DNA of 62,754 bases, the filler included, from Circinaria calcarea (taxonomy: Eukaryota), in the NCBI GenBank assembly GCA_051942165.1. It is 18 parts of 18 records of this genome, joined end to end, with 100 filler letters (N's around TTAATTAATTAA, not from the genome) between each part and the next. Parts side by side here need not be neighbours in the genome. Positions count along the whole stretch, not along the records: positions 24,520 to 27,912 come from JAVECS010002858.1; positions 28,013 to 31,403 come from JAVECS010002859.1; positions 31,504 to 34,892 come from JAVECS010002860.1; positions 34,993 to 38,380 come from JAVECS010002861.1; 14 more parts are not named here. One strand, written 5' to 3'. Made by a program: the position numbers and the translations under genes. The notes under the pieces are model-generated. The model was not told the origin of the DNA. It ran no database searches and worked only from the letters and a program-made list of their open reading frames with translations. This document shows, piece by piece, positions 24,520-36,032 of this stretch; positions within the stretch are counted from its first letter, which is position 1; every line of letters begins with the position of its first letter.

Positions 24520-27359
24520 CTCCCGGGGATTGCGTGCCTGAACTGCCAGTCGTTGTTGGAGTGCCTTGTCCACTGTGACTTGTACTTGTTCGTCCACTAG
24601 CGTCGGCCCTGGAAATCCAATCATTATGGGGAATCAGAGCATTACCGCCATTCCTGGGGTAACTGAGATCAAAGTTTCCATAAAGCGCATTGCTCAATGT
24701 AAATTGCCGCTGGACGTCCCATATCTGCACATGTAGGGCATGAACAAGAATGAATTTCGAGTACGCATTAGTAGATCGAAGGTGAAATTCATATGTAGGG
24801 TGGAGCAGAGCTCCCAAAGCAATGTGCATCTCGGGTTGTTTCCGCTGAAGGCTCCCAGTCGTGTTGATGGCTTGCGCCTGACGTCCTTGAAGACCAAGAG
24901 CAGCAGCGCACTCGTCAGCCGATTTCGCCTCCCATGCAGCATCATCCGCCGGTAACGGTAATTGTATTTCATTAGGATCCAAGAAGGGCTGACAGTTGAA
25001 ATATATCACCCGTGCTGTATCAAGGAGAAAGATGGTGTACATCAAACGGGACCTTTTCTCCTGCCGCAGCCAGGCTTCCCAATTCCATTGTGTTGAGCAT
25101 ACCTGATCTGACGAGACTTGCTCATAAATAGGCGACGGTTGGTGAAGTATACTGCAAAATGGGCTATCGAGACCAGCTGGTTGGAGCATTCTGAGTTTTC
25201 GTGCAAGTGATACGACTTTACCATATCCGTTTCGCGAATTTTGTCGTTGGATAGGATCGCCGTGCCATGTTGAAAGCATTTCAATCATGAAAACTGCTTT
25301 GAACTCCTCGAAGATCTGTTGGTTGTCGAAATCGTTGATATCCAAATTCGGTCGGGCATCGTCCAGCAATTTTAAAACGCGCGCTGATCGCTCTATGCCT
25401 GCCTTGACATGTGACATCAACGCCCGTACCTGTGGTAGGTTCATGCGATCCGAGTAGACAGCGCCAATACATATCATCACCAGAAGGAGACCCTCGTATA
25501 CGTGGAAGGGATTAAAGGTCGGCACGTGTACGATCGGCCAGTGTCCTTGGAAGCTGGAGTACTGGTCCAAGAAGTGCCTGATATTATCAGGCGCCAGCCA
25601 ACGTTGAAGGTCTCCGTGCTCTGCCGATGTGATTCTGCCCATATCACTGCTGTCCGGGAGGCAGAAGGCAATAAGCTGACTACTCTTGCTTATGTAGGCA
25701 TCTATTTGTGAATCGTCATAATTCCAAATATGAAAATCCTCGGCGGTTCCGTCAACGGCCAAAAATGACCCTTCAAACAGGCTGGCAAATGGTACTTCGG
25801 ATTGGTTATCGTCAGCTGGAGGGAAAGACGACTCGGCGACGTGTGACTCGGACTTGATCACCGGATGATCATTGTTAGTTGATTGAAAACTCATGTAACT
25901 GTCACTCACTTCCGGCTGGAAAACACCGGACCAGTCGAAATGGTTTCCTTGCACATGTGGCGATTCGACAAACGGAGCATAGTGTAGGTTCCTTTGATTC
26001 AAGGTTGCAGAGCTCATACCATTGACGTGGGAATTTTGACGAGAGGTTACTTGTTCTGGTGTAACACTTTGAGAAAATTGACCAGAATCACTTTGCCGAG
26101 TTATATCCAGCGGCGTCGACGCAGCACTGGTTGACAGCGATGACGGACTGATATGCTCCGAAGGGAGTGTATAGTTGCCTCCAGGGAACACCAAAGGACC
26201 AAGTCCGTTTAAGCTTCGCCTATCTCTATTGACAGAATTATTGCGGTATTTCTTCGTGCTGTTCGATCTTGAAACCGGCGTCGACATGGTCTGATAGTTA
26301 TCAGGAAAGCCAGAGATCCCAAGCCCCGTCATGTTTGAATTGACAAACATATTTTCCGCGTTTGACAGGAGAGTTGGTGCAGAACTAGTGTCTTTCGTAC
26401 TACCCGAATCGGACATCAGTTCTTTCTTTGAACCGTTTGGGTTCTTTCGGAGGTGTGAATGGGAGTAGGACAGATGTGTAGCTCCAGTAGGATTTCCCCG
26501 GCGAATGGAGCATTTTTGAAAGTGCCGTTTGAGAATATCACTTCGTGAAAAAGTATCCTTACACAGTATGCACATATATGGGCGGTCTCCGGTATCTGTG
26601 GTAAATCAGTCAAGTTCAATACGGTCACCGTTAGGACTTACGCCTCAACATATGTCGCTTGAGATGTTTAGCATGTAGATAGGTCTTATTGCAGTGAGGA
26701 CATGGGAATTTTCCATCCGCATCCTTGGCTGGAATAGTCGAGGACTTTGTGGACGAAGGTCCGCTATTCGACACAGCAGCTGGACGTCCTTCTGCACTTG
26801 GGAGAATTCCTCTTCGACCTTGCGAGCCGACAACATGAGTCGGCTGTACAGAGCCAGCTAGCTCAAGAGGTGTAATGGGAGCAGAAAGGGACTGTCGAGG
26901 GGCTCGAGATGTCAATGGAACAGAAGGTTGACTCAAGGTCCCAAACGGCAGGGGTAATGGATCCAGTAGACGTCCTCGACTCATATCCAACGTTTGATTT
27001 GAAGGGTAGTGGTCAAAATTTTGCTGCTGTACTCCATAACCGTGGTTTACCGAGTATTGCTGGAGTTGCGAATAGGTTGTATGAGATGCCTGATGTCGGC
27101 CATAACCTTGGGGGACTTGCTGAGGAAAAAATTCTGCACCGGTGGAGTAGGCCGTTTGGGGTGCAGGGCGTGGATTCTGACCAAAGAGGCCATTCGCAAG
27201 AGCAAGTGTCGATCGCTGGATTGGCAACGGCGGTAGAGTATGGGAGTTGGACCGATGGATTTGGGGAAGAGGATATGACTGGCTATGTAGTAGGGGTGTC
27301 AATGACTGCTGGTGATGGTTTGTCGAGTATAAGATGTCGTTGGTGAATTGATTTTCCAT
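24520..27359 (-). CDS. RfeC-like C2H2 zinc-finger transcription factor with a C-terminal fungal TF domain, 3' truncated; intron 26596-26641
   Basis: PTHVVGSQGRRGILPS; fingers FPCPHCNKTYLHAKHLKRHMLR|HTGDRPYMCILCKDTFSRSDILKRHFQKC; downstream HWPIVHVPTF..LLLVMICIGAVYS..QEKRSRLMYTIFLLD..LPLPADDAAWEA. Confidence 0.9.
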
Positions 27360-28012
27360 TACAAGGAGTGAAGAATTGAATGCGGAGTTCCAAGCGAGTG
27401 TACCCTTGGTGTAACAACCTTTCTGGTGGTGGCGATATGTATGCTGAGGCCTGTGCAATATGATTCCGATACCTAATAGCTACCACCCTTGTATAATCGA
27501 ACCGGTGAAAAGAATGAGCGAAGATATATCCGACCCTGCAGAGATGCGTGGTCGCTGGAGATCTAGGCAATGATGTCTCTTTTGGTACGTTTCCACTCTT
27601 CCTGGCACCCCCTCCACCCTCTCCCAGACGGCGACCAGCGTCCGAGATCAGCTTCCGCCTCCTCGCCCAAGAAATGGTCGCCGAAGAGGTCGATGATGTC
27701 GCGAGAAGCGGGCGCTTCGTGGGAAGCCTCCAGGTGCGGCAGTGACGAGGACCTAGTTCGAGGGGCCCACTAAATAAAGCACAGCGGTGGATCAAACAGG
27801 CTGCTTGGACGGGTGGGTAAAACGGGTGGGTTGTGTGTGGCTTAAGGCGCCGCCATCGCTCGGGAAATATGATCCAGGGGTAGGTAAGAATGTGGCCCAA
27901 TCGTAAAGTACTNNNNNNNNNNNNNNNNNNNNNNNNNNNNNNNNNNNNNNNNNNNNTTAATTAATTAANNNNNNNNNNNNNNNNNNNNNNNNNNNNNNNN
28001 NNNNNNNNNNNN

Positions 28013-29030
28013 TAAATATGGTGAGGCTGCAATGGCCTAATTCAGTCACTTAGAGATGCACAATCCAAGAAGGAGGGTCACGCCCAACTTACATTGCTGA
28101 ATAACGAGTCTCCCAAGTAGCCACCGAATGCCATGGTCTGAAGCATGACAGAACTGCCGCCGGCGCTCTCCCCGCTAATCGTTACTTGCCAGGCATTACC
28201 ACCAAACAGCGAGATATAGCTCTGCACCCACTGCAACGCAAAAGTCTGGTCCAGGATACCCGCGTTGACGGTTCCATATCTATAGATCTCATCCGAGGAC
28301 ATGAATCCGAATGCCCCCAGCTTGGTGGATGGGTCAGCTGACGCAGAAAGATCTTCTAGGTTGATCATGAACCTACCCGTTACTGGATCACGACGCCGAT
28401 GAATCCATTGTTGTTCGTATTGATAATGGTTGAGAGATCTTGATCACCTGAGCCAGCACCATAGGCACCACCATCTGCGTATGAAAAATCAGCGACTGGT
28501 TTTCACTCCCGGTTCAATAATCGCGTACGGATCCAGACCAACACCGGCAGGTTAGATGCGTTTTGGGCCGCATAGACACTCAAAAAGAAGCAATCTTCAT
28601 TGCCGGTAAAGTTGAAGCCCGGTGGTAGTGGGTTAGGTAAAGCCTGAAGGATGGAGTCCCTATTGACCTCGGAGATTTTAGGTGGCTGCCAGCGATTGGT
28701 ACCCGTCGCAGGAGCGGCGTAACGAATACTGCAACTTCTCAGTTGAATGGCCCGATCAGGTGCAGCAATATCACACATACCCCTTGAAGGTATTCAGCTT
28801 CGATGCTACATCCGATGTATTCCTGCAATGCACTACGTTCAAGGATCATGGAATTTTCTGCATGTTCGTGTAACTAGGTAAGAGCAAGAAAGTTCGCTAA
28901 AATACTGGTCGGCTTACGTAAGCCCCAACACCGACACTCCTTGGTAGACTTCGTAGCTCAGATCAACCGTCAAGGGCGAATTGGCCGAACTCTGACGTTT
29001 GCTCCAGACGGCACTTAACGGCTTGCTGTT
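28013..29030 (-). pseudogene. Type-B carboxylesterase/lipase pseudogene (3' truncated)
   Basis: TVDLSYEVYQG, FKG|IRYAAP, NEDCFFLSV, PVLVWI, GESAG. Premature TAA at 28380-28382 replaces Tyr of IQYRLG; 115-bp insertion in the first visible exon; no clear start codon. Confidence 0.82.
28816..28930 (-). mobile_element. 115-bp TG...CA insertion (short solo-LTR-like) with 4-bp TSD CCGA
   Basis: CCGA at 28812-28815 and 28931-28934. Removing the insert and one CCGA restores GVS-DVASKLNTFKG in frame. Confidence 0.8.
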
Positions 29031-29084
29031 GGGATATAAAGAAAATTGCCGCTGTCAATGCACCATGTGTAGAAAATAATGATT

Positions 29085-29110
29085 GAAAAAAAAAAGAAAG
29101 AGAAAAAAAA
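29085..29110 (-). terminator. Oligo-T RNA polymerase III terminator of the tRNA
   Basis: A-runs on the plus strand about 10-35 nt downstream of the tRNA 3' end. Confidence 0.6.
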
Positions 29111-29120
29111 GAATAAACGA

Positions 29121-29205
29121 AGCCGAAGGCGGGGGTCGAACCCGCAACCTTGAGGTGACCTTTGAAATAAGAGCCACACGCTCTATCCGATTGAGCTACC
29201 CCGGC
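29121..29205 (-). tRNA. tRNA-Lys(CTT) with 11-nt intron (29157-29167)
   Basis: Minus strand GCCGGGG TA GCTC..GAGC G TGTGG CT CTT A [intron] A CCTCA AGGTT GCGGG TTCGACC CCCGC CTTCGGC T; anticodon 29169-29171; T-runs follow. Confidence 0.92.
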
Positions 29206-30271
29206 GTATTATTGCTCAACAATATTTAAATAACATAAATAAAGCATTAAAATCAATTTACCTTCAAAAATGTATTGTACTCGTAGAGGAAACAGTTATC
29301 AGTACGATTTGCAAATATAAAGAGATTGATTAATTACTATTCACACAATATATCCTATTGTGTGCAGATGGTACTCATAACTGTTCCCCCTGCGACCACA
29401 GTATTCTGCTGATACAAATATGTAAATCTAAACCTTGCTCCATTGCCCTCGATCTCATCTCGCGCGCCAACCTTTTCAGTGTAGTCATCATCCACCAAAA
29501 ACCCCCCCCCATTTCAGATCCCAGCTCCCGGCTCGTCAACCCTATACGCCGATTACCACCACCATGCGCCTCACCCTCGTTACCGCACTCCTCCCATGCT
29601 CGCCTCCGTCCAGGCGTAGCAGCCCACGGGCGAGAAGCTCCAAGGCTGGGTCTCCGCGCTCAAATCACTACATCTCCTCCGCCCCGCGAGCGCGCCTTCG
29701 TACCAGCCTAAGTCTGGCACTGCTCGGATTGGACGTTATCATCCGTGATTGTTTCTGCGGTATCTCCGTCGCCCCGCCCCGGGGAGTATGGATTCTTGGT
29801 CTGGAAAGCCATGATCTAAAAGGTCGGTAGCGGGTAAACCAGACAGTACCATAACAGCGTCGGCAGAGAATGGTCTCCAAGCGAGCAAGGAACGGCCGAT
29901 TCTGCGGGTTGAACGCCAAAAGGGATAGCAAGGGAAGCTGGCGAGCAAGATAAGTAGAAAAACGAAAACGAAAGGAGAAGAGGAACGGACGGCTAGGGAG
30001 AAAGCTCCGAGGGTAATAACTAATGGCGGAAAGGCTGGGGGAACGAAGACGAAGAGAACTAACGCAGCTTATTACCTGATACGTTACGCGCGAATGAATA
30101 AGGAATTTAACAACAAAATCTGTGTATTTACGAAGCTTGATTTTAGATAATCGGAAGTATGTTGCTTAATTAAAGCAATCGGGGGTATAGCTAGATAACA
30201 ACATTAAATAAATATTATTAAAACTAATATGAGCAGCTATAGCTGGCTACCAAGCCTGGGCTCCTCTATAC

Positions 30272-30681
30272 TACTACGGTGCCAGGCGTAATAATTAATA
30301 GCGCCTTGGCAGGCTTGGCATTGCCGCTTTTATATAATTAATGAAATTATACCATTATTGTTAAACATTCAGCAGAATATGACACAGGCAATGCATTGGG
30401 GCAGTATTCGGGGTGTACGCAATAGTCGATATATTGTGTAAGGTCTATAGTTCGCATAGTGCGAAGCCTAAGGGAAAACTCTGCAGATTGCGCTAGTACT
30501 AATATAGGTAGTACAGAACTTCTGCGTACAGAGGTCCGGCATACAGTATGCCTGGCTCTCTATTTAACAATTATCTGTCTATCTTGATATATAAATCAAT
30601 ATAGCGGCTAAATAGAATGGCAAGAGATTTACCCCTGTAAAATCTGCAGCGCTATTAATTATTATGCCTGGCACCGTAGTA
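30272..30681. mobile_element. Non-autonomous TIR element (~406 bp plus TA flanks), AT-rich interior
   Basis: 33-bp inverted repeat TACTACGGTGCCAGGC(G/A)TAATAATTAATAGCGC at 30272-30304 / 30649-30681, one transition mismatch. Confidence 0.75.
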
Positions 30682-31503
30682 CACCCCTTTGCTCTTTTGC
30701 TGCGCCCCCTGCTGTTCTTCCCTGTTCCCTCGGTGCTCCCCCGGTGCTCCCTCCCTGCTCCCCCGGTACTCCCTCGCGCTCCCTCTAAAGCGGCCATGCT
30801 CGCTTTCCCGAACGACAACGGCAATCACCAATCCTAAGTTCGGGGGCGTGGGGGGTATATAATTAATATATATATACCCTGGTTGTGGTAGCGGGGGCGG
30901 GGACTCGCAACCGCAGGCAGGTAGGTAGGTAGATTTATAATTGCCCCCGAATTTTTGGGGGGAATTTTCCAAGTCATTTTTTTGATATACGAGTGAAATA
31001 GTACTCCGTTATGGAGAGTGTTCTGCCGGTCATTAAGCGGGGGTTTCCCTCACCCTCCCCCCAGGTTTATATCATGACCCAAATATTCAAAAGATTACAG
31101 TACAGACAGGTTTGGGTCTGGGATTGGGTTTTGGGGGGGGGGAGGGGTTTGGAAATAGACAATAGATTTATGTTGCTTCTATGGACGTTGCTGCTGGGGG
31201 AGTTTTAAAAAAATGTACAAAAGGGGGTAGCCAGCTATCAGGAGCGCCTGTGCTCAATCATCGTCCCCATCCGGTTCAGTCCAGTTTTTGCTCCTTTGCA
31301 AAAAGCAAAGAAAACGAACGTAGATAGGTATCAAATCCCACCCCCCGAGAAAAGCCCGTCGCAAATCTCCCAGAGAACTAAACCCCGTATATGCAACACG
31401 ATTNNNNNNNNNNNNNNNNNNNNNNNNNNNNNNNNNNNNNNNNNNNNTTAATTAATTAANNNNNNNNNNNNNNNNNNNNNNNNNNNNNNNNNNNNNNNNN
31501 NNN

Positions 31504-31615
31504 AAGCCCTTGTCTCCCTCCAAGCCCTTGTCTCCCTCCAAGCCCTTGTCTCCCTCCAAGCCCTTGTCTCCCTCCAAGCCCTTGTCTCCCTCCAAGCCCT
31601 TGTCTCCCTCCAAGC
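31504..31615. repeat. Perfect 18-bp tandem repeat (AAGCCCTTGTCTCCCTCC), at least 6 copies, encoding (LEGDKG)n
   Basis: Units start at 31504, 31522, 31540, 31558, 31576, 31594; the array runs into the contig end. Confidence 0.97.
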
Positions 31616-32008
31616 TATCATCTTCCTTAAGCCATGCCAAAAAGTTGGAGGCCTGGCCGCTTTCGATAAAGTCCCAATAGGCTGTCTGATGGAGAGGGGT
31701 AAAAGGTTCCACTTTTTCGTCGGCGCGGAGCTGGTTTGCGAACCGATGATCGTACAATTTGAGAATGAATCGTTTGCCTTGACTTTTCAAAGTATCGATT
31801 TCGACTTGCATGACGCAAGAAAGAGTGGATGGCCGGTAGTAGGTCAAAATCTTGCATTCAATGGGCCTAAGAGGGTGTGGGTGAAGATTGGTCTCTCCGT
31901 ATATCTGGAGAGTCAAGATGTTGCCATCATCGTAGGGACAGCTGACGGGGCATAAGCATATAGATCCGAGTCAAAAGTAATATTTGCCACTTACATCGAG
32001 TCTCCCAT
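31504..32008 (-). CDS. N-terminus of a fungal protein of probable kinase-like family, 3' truncated; intron 31942-31994
   Basis: Spliced MGDSICPYDDGNILTL..LSCVMQV..ILKLYDHRFANQLR..PFT..YWDFIESGQASNFL. I recall this N-terminal block from fungal kinase-like families; the catalytic part is not in the contig. Confidence 0.55.
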
Positions 32009-32896
32009 TCTTCTGTGTAGCCGCGTAAGTGTATGAGTATGCCCTTGCCAGCTATATATTCCGACCTCACGTACCTCAGTTCTACCCGATATCAGGTCCC
32101 TGGTAAGTTTAGTTATCAAACCAACTATTGGCAATCACGCTCTGCCAGAACTGCGTTTATAGAGTCAAAGAACTGATTTCAGAAGAAATTTTTTTTTGCA
32201 CTTCTGAGCTATTTCTGTACGTGTAATAGTAACCTTCGAGATTAAGACTCTGTACTATGTCAGGTTGGTTAGATAAGGCGGGTTAGTCGAATTTGTAGTT
32301 GAGATGCAGAAAACATCATTTAGATGGGAGATTTACCTTGTGTTGGAATAGGCTCTATAAGCTTAAACTAAGAAGAACTGATTCGCTTAAATTAAAATAA
32401 ATTATTTTGATATGGAAATTACTATCTATTATCTTGTAGTTGATATCGAATTATCAACTAACTATATTACGCTATGAATTGCCGAATAAGCGGATGGGTG
32501 TGTTGCACGAAAGGAAGATTGGCTGTATTGAAGTGTTTAACACAACAGGCAATATAGATTGAAGCCCACTGGTTTACAACACTCTCTTCTAATATGGGTT
32601 TACACTCTCTTTCCGAATCATTACACCAGCTTGCTATATTACATCTCAGATGAATTCTGGGTTTGTGTTCACGGAATATGCATAAGCAAAAGGACCTATC
32701 CCCAATTTTACATTTCAAGTGTATATTCCGAAACTGCTCCAAGACCGCTGCAGACTCATTAATATCTTTCATAGCAAGTCTTATCTGCGATTAGAAGTCG
32801 GGTTCTCAAAAAGTTGCTGCTGTGTCCATACCTTTTCAAGTAAGTTTTCGAACGGGTGTCCCTCACCGTGTTAAATATCGTTTGACCAAAAATATC

Positions 32897-33335
32897 ATGG
32901 TACGTACTGTCTCTTGAGTGCCTTGGGCTTTACTAAAGTAACCTTTCTCAAGGGTAAATCCAAAACCAAGGCCAAATCAGATAAAAACGTCCAAGACTAT
33001 CTCGCGGATCTCGATACGGCCGGAATGACTGGCAAATGGAGCCCGGGAAAACCTAACATCGCATCCACGGCCACGGCAAATCGACCACGGCTGGCAGATG
33101 GCACATGGAGACGATGCTTGATAGTGCCGGGAAATACAAGGTCAAACTCGTCGAAGGCAAAACTATCTGTATTTCGAAAGTTTACGACATTGAACCCTCT
33201 TTCGAAACGGTTGTAAGCGACATGAAGAAACACTATGGGGTTTGGTGGGCCGCTGAAATCTTTGTTTCTTCAAACTCTGCTTTCTTTACACAAATTGTGG
33301 ATCCAACAGAACCCGTGTTTAGCAGGGCTTCTTAG
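32897..33335 (+). CDS. Possible small hypothetical gene with an ATG-only first exon; frame change unresolved
   Basis: ATG|GTACGT..AAG intron 32900-32952, then GKSKTKAKSDKNVQDYLADLDTAGM; overlapping ORF 33105-33335 in another frame. Confidence 0.35.
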
Positions 33336-33881
33336 TTATTAGGTAGTCAGTGCTTGAGACGTCATGCTTTGGACAGTTGTTAACTTACACCTCCCAATTC
33401 CCCAAATGCTCCATGCCGAAGTTGATATCGGGAAAAATGTTCTCGCCTAAATTTCTCTACGCATAACACTATCATGGGTTCTTGTTTAACAGTTCCGAAA
33501 ATATCAGCATAACAGCTCAGAGTAACCTACTATCCATTTCTAGCTCATGGTGATCTGCCCAAGGCCTCGTCCTAATCCTAGTAGGGAAAAAGCCTCCGCT
33601 ACGCCGCCGCTATGCCAGCAAGAAATTCGGCCGAATACCTTACAAGCGGAGTCAGTTGAGAGTTGAATTCGATAATCATCTCAAGGATTATGCAAAATAG
33701 CAGACGTTGAAATAATCCAAAACGCTGCGCAAACCATGAGTAGACACATATGTCTCCCATATAGCAAGTCAAGCCCATAGCTACTTATAAGTTTGTTGTC
33801 ATAAATAGAGATACAGCACCTTTCCTACTTCCTTTTTCTCCCTCGATAAGAGTAAGTGACGTTAGCCTCCCGTGATGTGAA

Positions 33882-34798
33882 TCACATATACTGCACCGAC
33901 ATTCTTGTCGTATGACTATTGACCATTTTTTCCTTCGAACTATTTTGATCCAGCCTCTCACTACCTTCTCTTTCCCAACCCCTCTCCTGGGCCTCGCTAC
34001 CCACCGTCGCTGTCGCCAAATAATTATCTTCTCGAGCTCTGAACTGCTTGGTGGAGCCGGCAATTGTTCTATCTGCCAAGCGGCCCATTTTCCCTAAATA
34101 CCCCATCGCATGATGATGCGACATCCGTCTCGGACCCAGGATCCGGAGATCAGATGCCAGGAGGCCGGTTTGCAGGCTGTCGATGACGGTTTTGAGGAAG
34201 GGGAGACAGGTGATTACCACGGAGAGGTTGATGTGAATAGAGGTGATGACGGTCGTGGAGAAGTCATCGTACGGGTGGTCGGTGGAGGAGGAGAGGGAAA
34301 GGAAGATGAGGCGGACGATGATGAGGGGGATGATTCTAGTGAGTGCGGAAGAGGGGGTTAGTGTGGTTTTGGAGAATGATAATCTGGATCTAATTGGGAA
34401 GGAAATGGGGCGGAGGGCCGTACAGAGCTCGTAAAGCGAATGCAACCATTGCAGGAAGCTTTTGTGCCCATGCTATATGCAGATCGTGGAGTAGGAAGAA
34501 AGGAAGGACGACTGTAGCAAGATCGATTATGATGTCCATCGCGCCGAAGGCATCCCAGAAGACTTTCTATTTCACTAGTCAGCACAAGTCCCTCTTCGAT
34601 GGTTATTGCTACTAGCCTGATCAAAGCACCGATCCGAAAGAATCAACCAGGGCTGGGGTAATGGGCATTGGAAGGCAAGAGCAAAAACCATAACAACGAG
34701 AGAGAGCATGTTGCATATCATAACGATCTTCACAACTAAGCGCCTGTTGTTCTTCCGGGCGAGCGAGAAGAGGAAATGGAGGATGGCCATTTTGGCAA
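33882..34798 (-). CDS. PTH11-like (rhodopsin-domain) integral membrane protein, 5' partial; introns 34567-34616 (GC-AG) and 34336-34423
   Basis: AKMAILH..LAFQCPLPQPW..RCFDQ|KVFWDAFGAMDIIID..AFALRAL|IIPLIIVRL..NLSVVITCLPFLK. Confidence 0.78.
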
Positions 34799-34892
34799 GG
34801 CAGATAGAACAATTGCCGGCTCCACCAAGCAGTTCAGAGCTCGAGAAGATAATTATTTGGCGACAGCGACGGTGGGTAGCGAGGCCCAGGAG
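34799..34892 (+). repeat. 94-bp exact inverted copy of 33984-34077 at the contig end
   Basis: Reverse-complement identity read directly; the same peptide PAPPSSSELEKIIIWRQRRW appears in ORFs on opposite strands. Confidence 0.95.
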
Positions 34893-34993
34893 NNNNNNNN
34901 NNNNNNNNNNNNNNNNNNNNNNNNNNNNNNNNNNNNTTAATTAATTAANNNNNNNNNNNNNNNNNNNNNNNNNNNNNNNNNNNNNNNNNNNNC

Positions 34994-35236
34994 TCCTCTA
35001 CTACGACACCTTACGCTCCCACTCAATGGTTCTACTTTGCCGGGCACTGGGGCGACAAGTTTTACCAGCTCAACGACGACCGGCAGTACCGTTTTGCTGG
35101 CCAGTATCATTACGTGAACGGGCCTCTGGGACCTAGGTTTAAGAATCTCGGAAGGAAGAAAATGTGCGGGGGCCGTGATGACGAGCCATGTGTGATCAAG
35201 AATTGGCTCGAGGGGACTGGGAGGATTACACGGTAG
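34994..35236 (+). CDS. Vps62-like protein, C-terminal fragment (not in the ORF track)
   Basis: APTQWFYFAGHWGDKFYQLNDDRQYRFAGQYHYVNGPLGPRFKNLGRKKMC..stop. Confidence 0.8.
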   Translation, partial: SSTTTPYAPTQWFYFAGHWGDKFYQLNDDRQYRFAGQYHYVNGPLGPRFKNLGRKKMCGGRDDEPCVIKNWLEGTGRITR

Positions 35237-36032
35237 CAGGGGGTTGGAGAAGGTAAAGGTTCCCGTGAATATGGTCCGTGATGTATATATAGTGTCTTAT
35301 AGATGGGATTCAGGCGTCTGTGAAGGGTAGCGAAGGAAGCCAGCCTGGCGGATACGGCCCCTATAACCCTTAGATTTGGGTAAGTCGGGTAGACTGGACT
35401 GGGGAGCAGGATGATTACTACGATAGCGTATGATACCACGGGATAACGATGTTTTAGAGCTTCTTCGTCATTGTACAGTGCCCCGGCTCCTCGGATACAA
35501 TTGGTACTGGGAAACATCTCTCTTGATCCTATAAGGATTGGTGAAGATCGGTTCACGTAAGTAAGTTACGCAGCAAAGAAATCGTCCGGGAGCAGAGCAG
35601 AGCACATGTTTCATGTGACTGGATAGCCCTCGAGTCTATATCCATCCATATAGAGTAGATACCTTGAGCACACTTTGATACGGCCACCATCAATGCCAAG
35701 ATTGCGGAAATCGGAGGGATCATTCCCGAGGCGTGAGAGCGCGTCGAGATTCGCGTCGTCCTAAGAAAAGCCAAGAAATCGTTCATTGACTGGCTCAACC
35801 CGCTATAACCCTATGGAGAGAGGGACTGTACTATGGGGGTAGCTTGGTTGATTGGGGTGTTCCTAAATCTAAGTGGTGGGGGAAGACTAAATACTGCAGG
35901 TGCTGACTAAGCTCCACATCGCAATCCCCCACATCGAGTTCACCTCTGCGTACTATGGTTCCATCATGCCCTAAGCTCTGAGGCCTTCTATTTCGATGAA
36001 CAACCAATATCAACTATTCACATTTATCGACC

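Noticed and set aside
29435..29948. Overlapping GC-rich ORFs beside the tRNA
   Set aside because: No recognisable motif, interrupted frames; possibly decayed sequence but not supportable.
31504..31615. CRISPR array or telomere
   Set aside because: No spacers, in-frame coding unit, and not TTAGGG-like.
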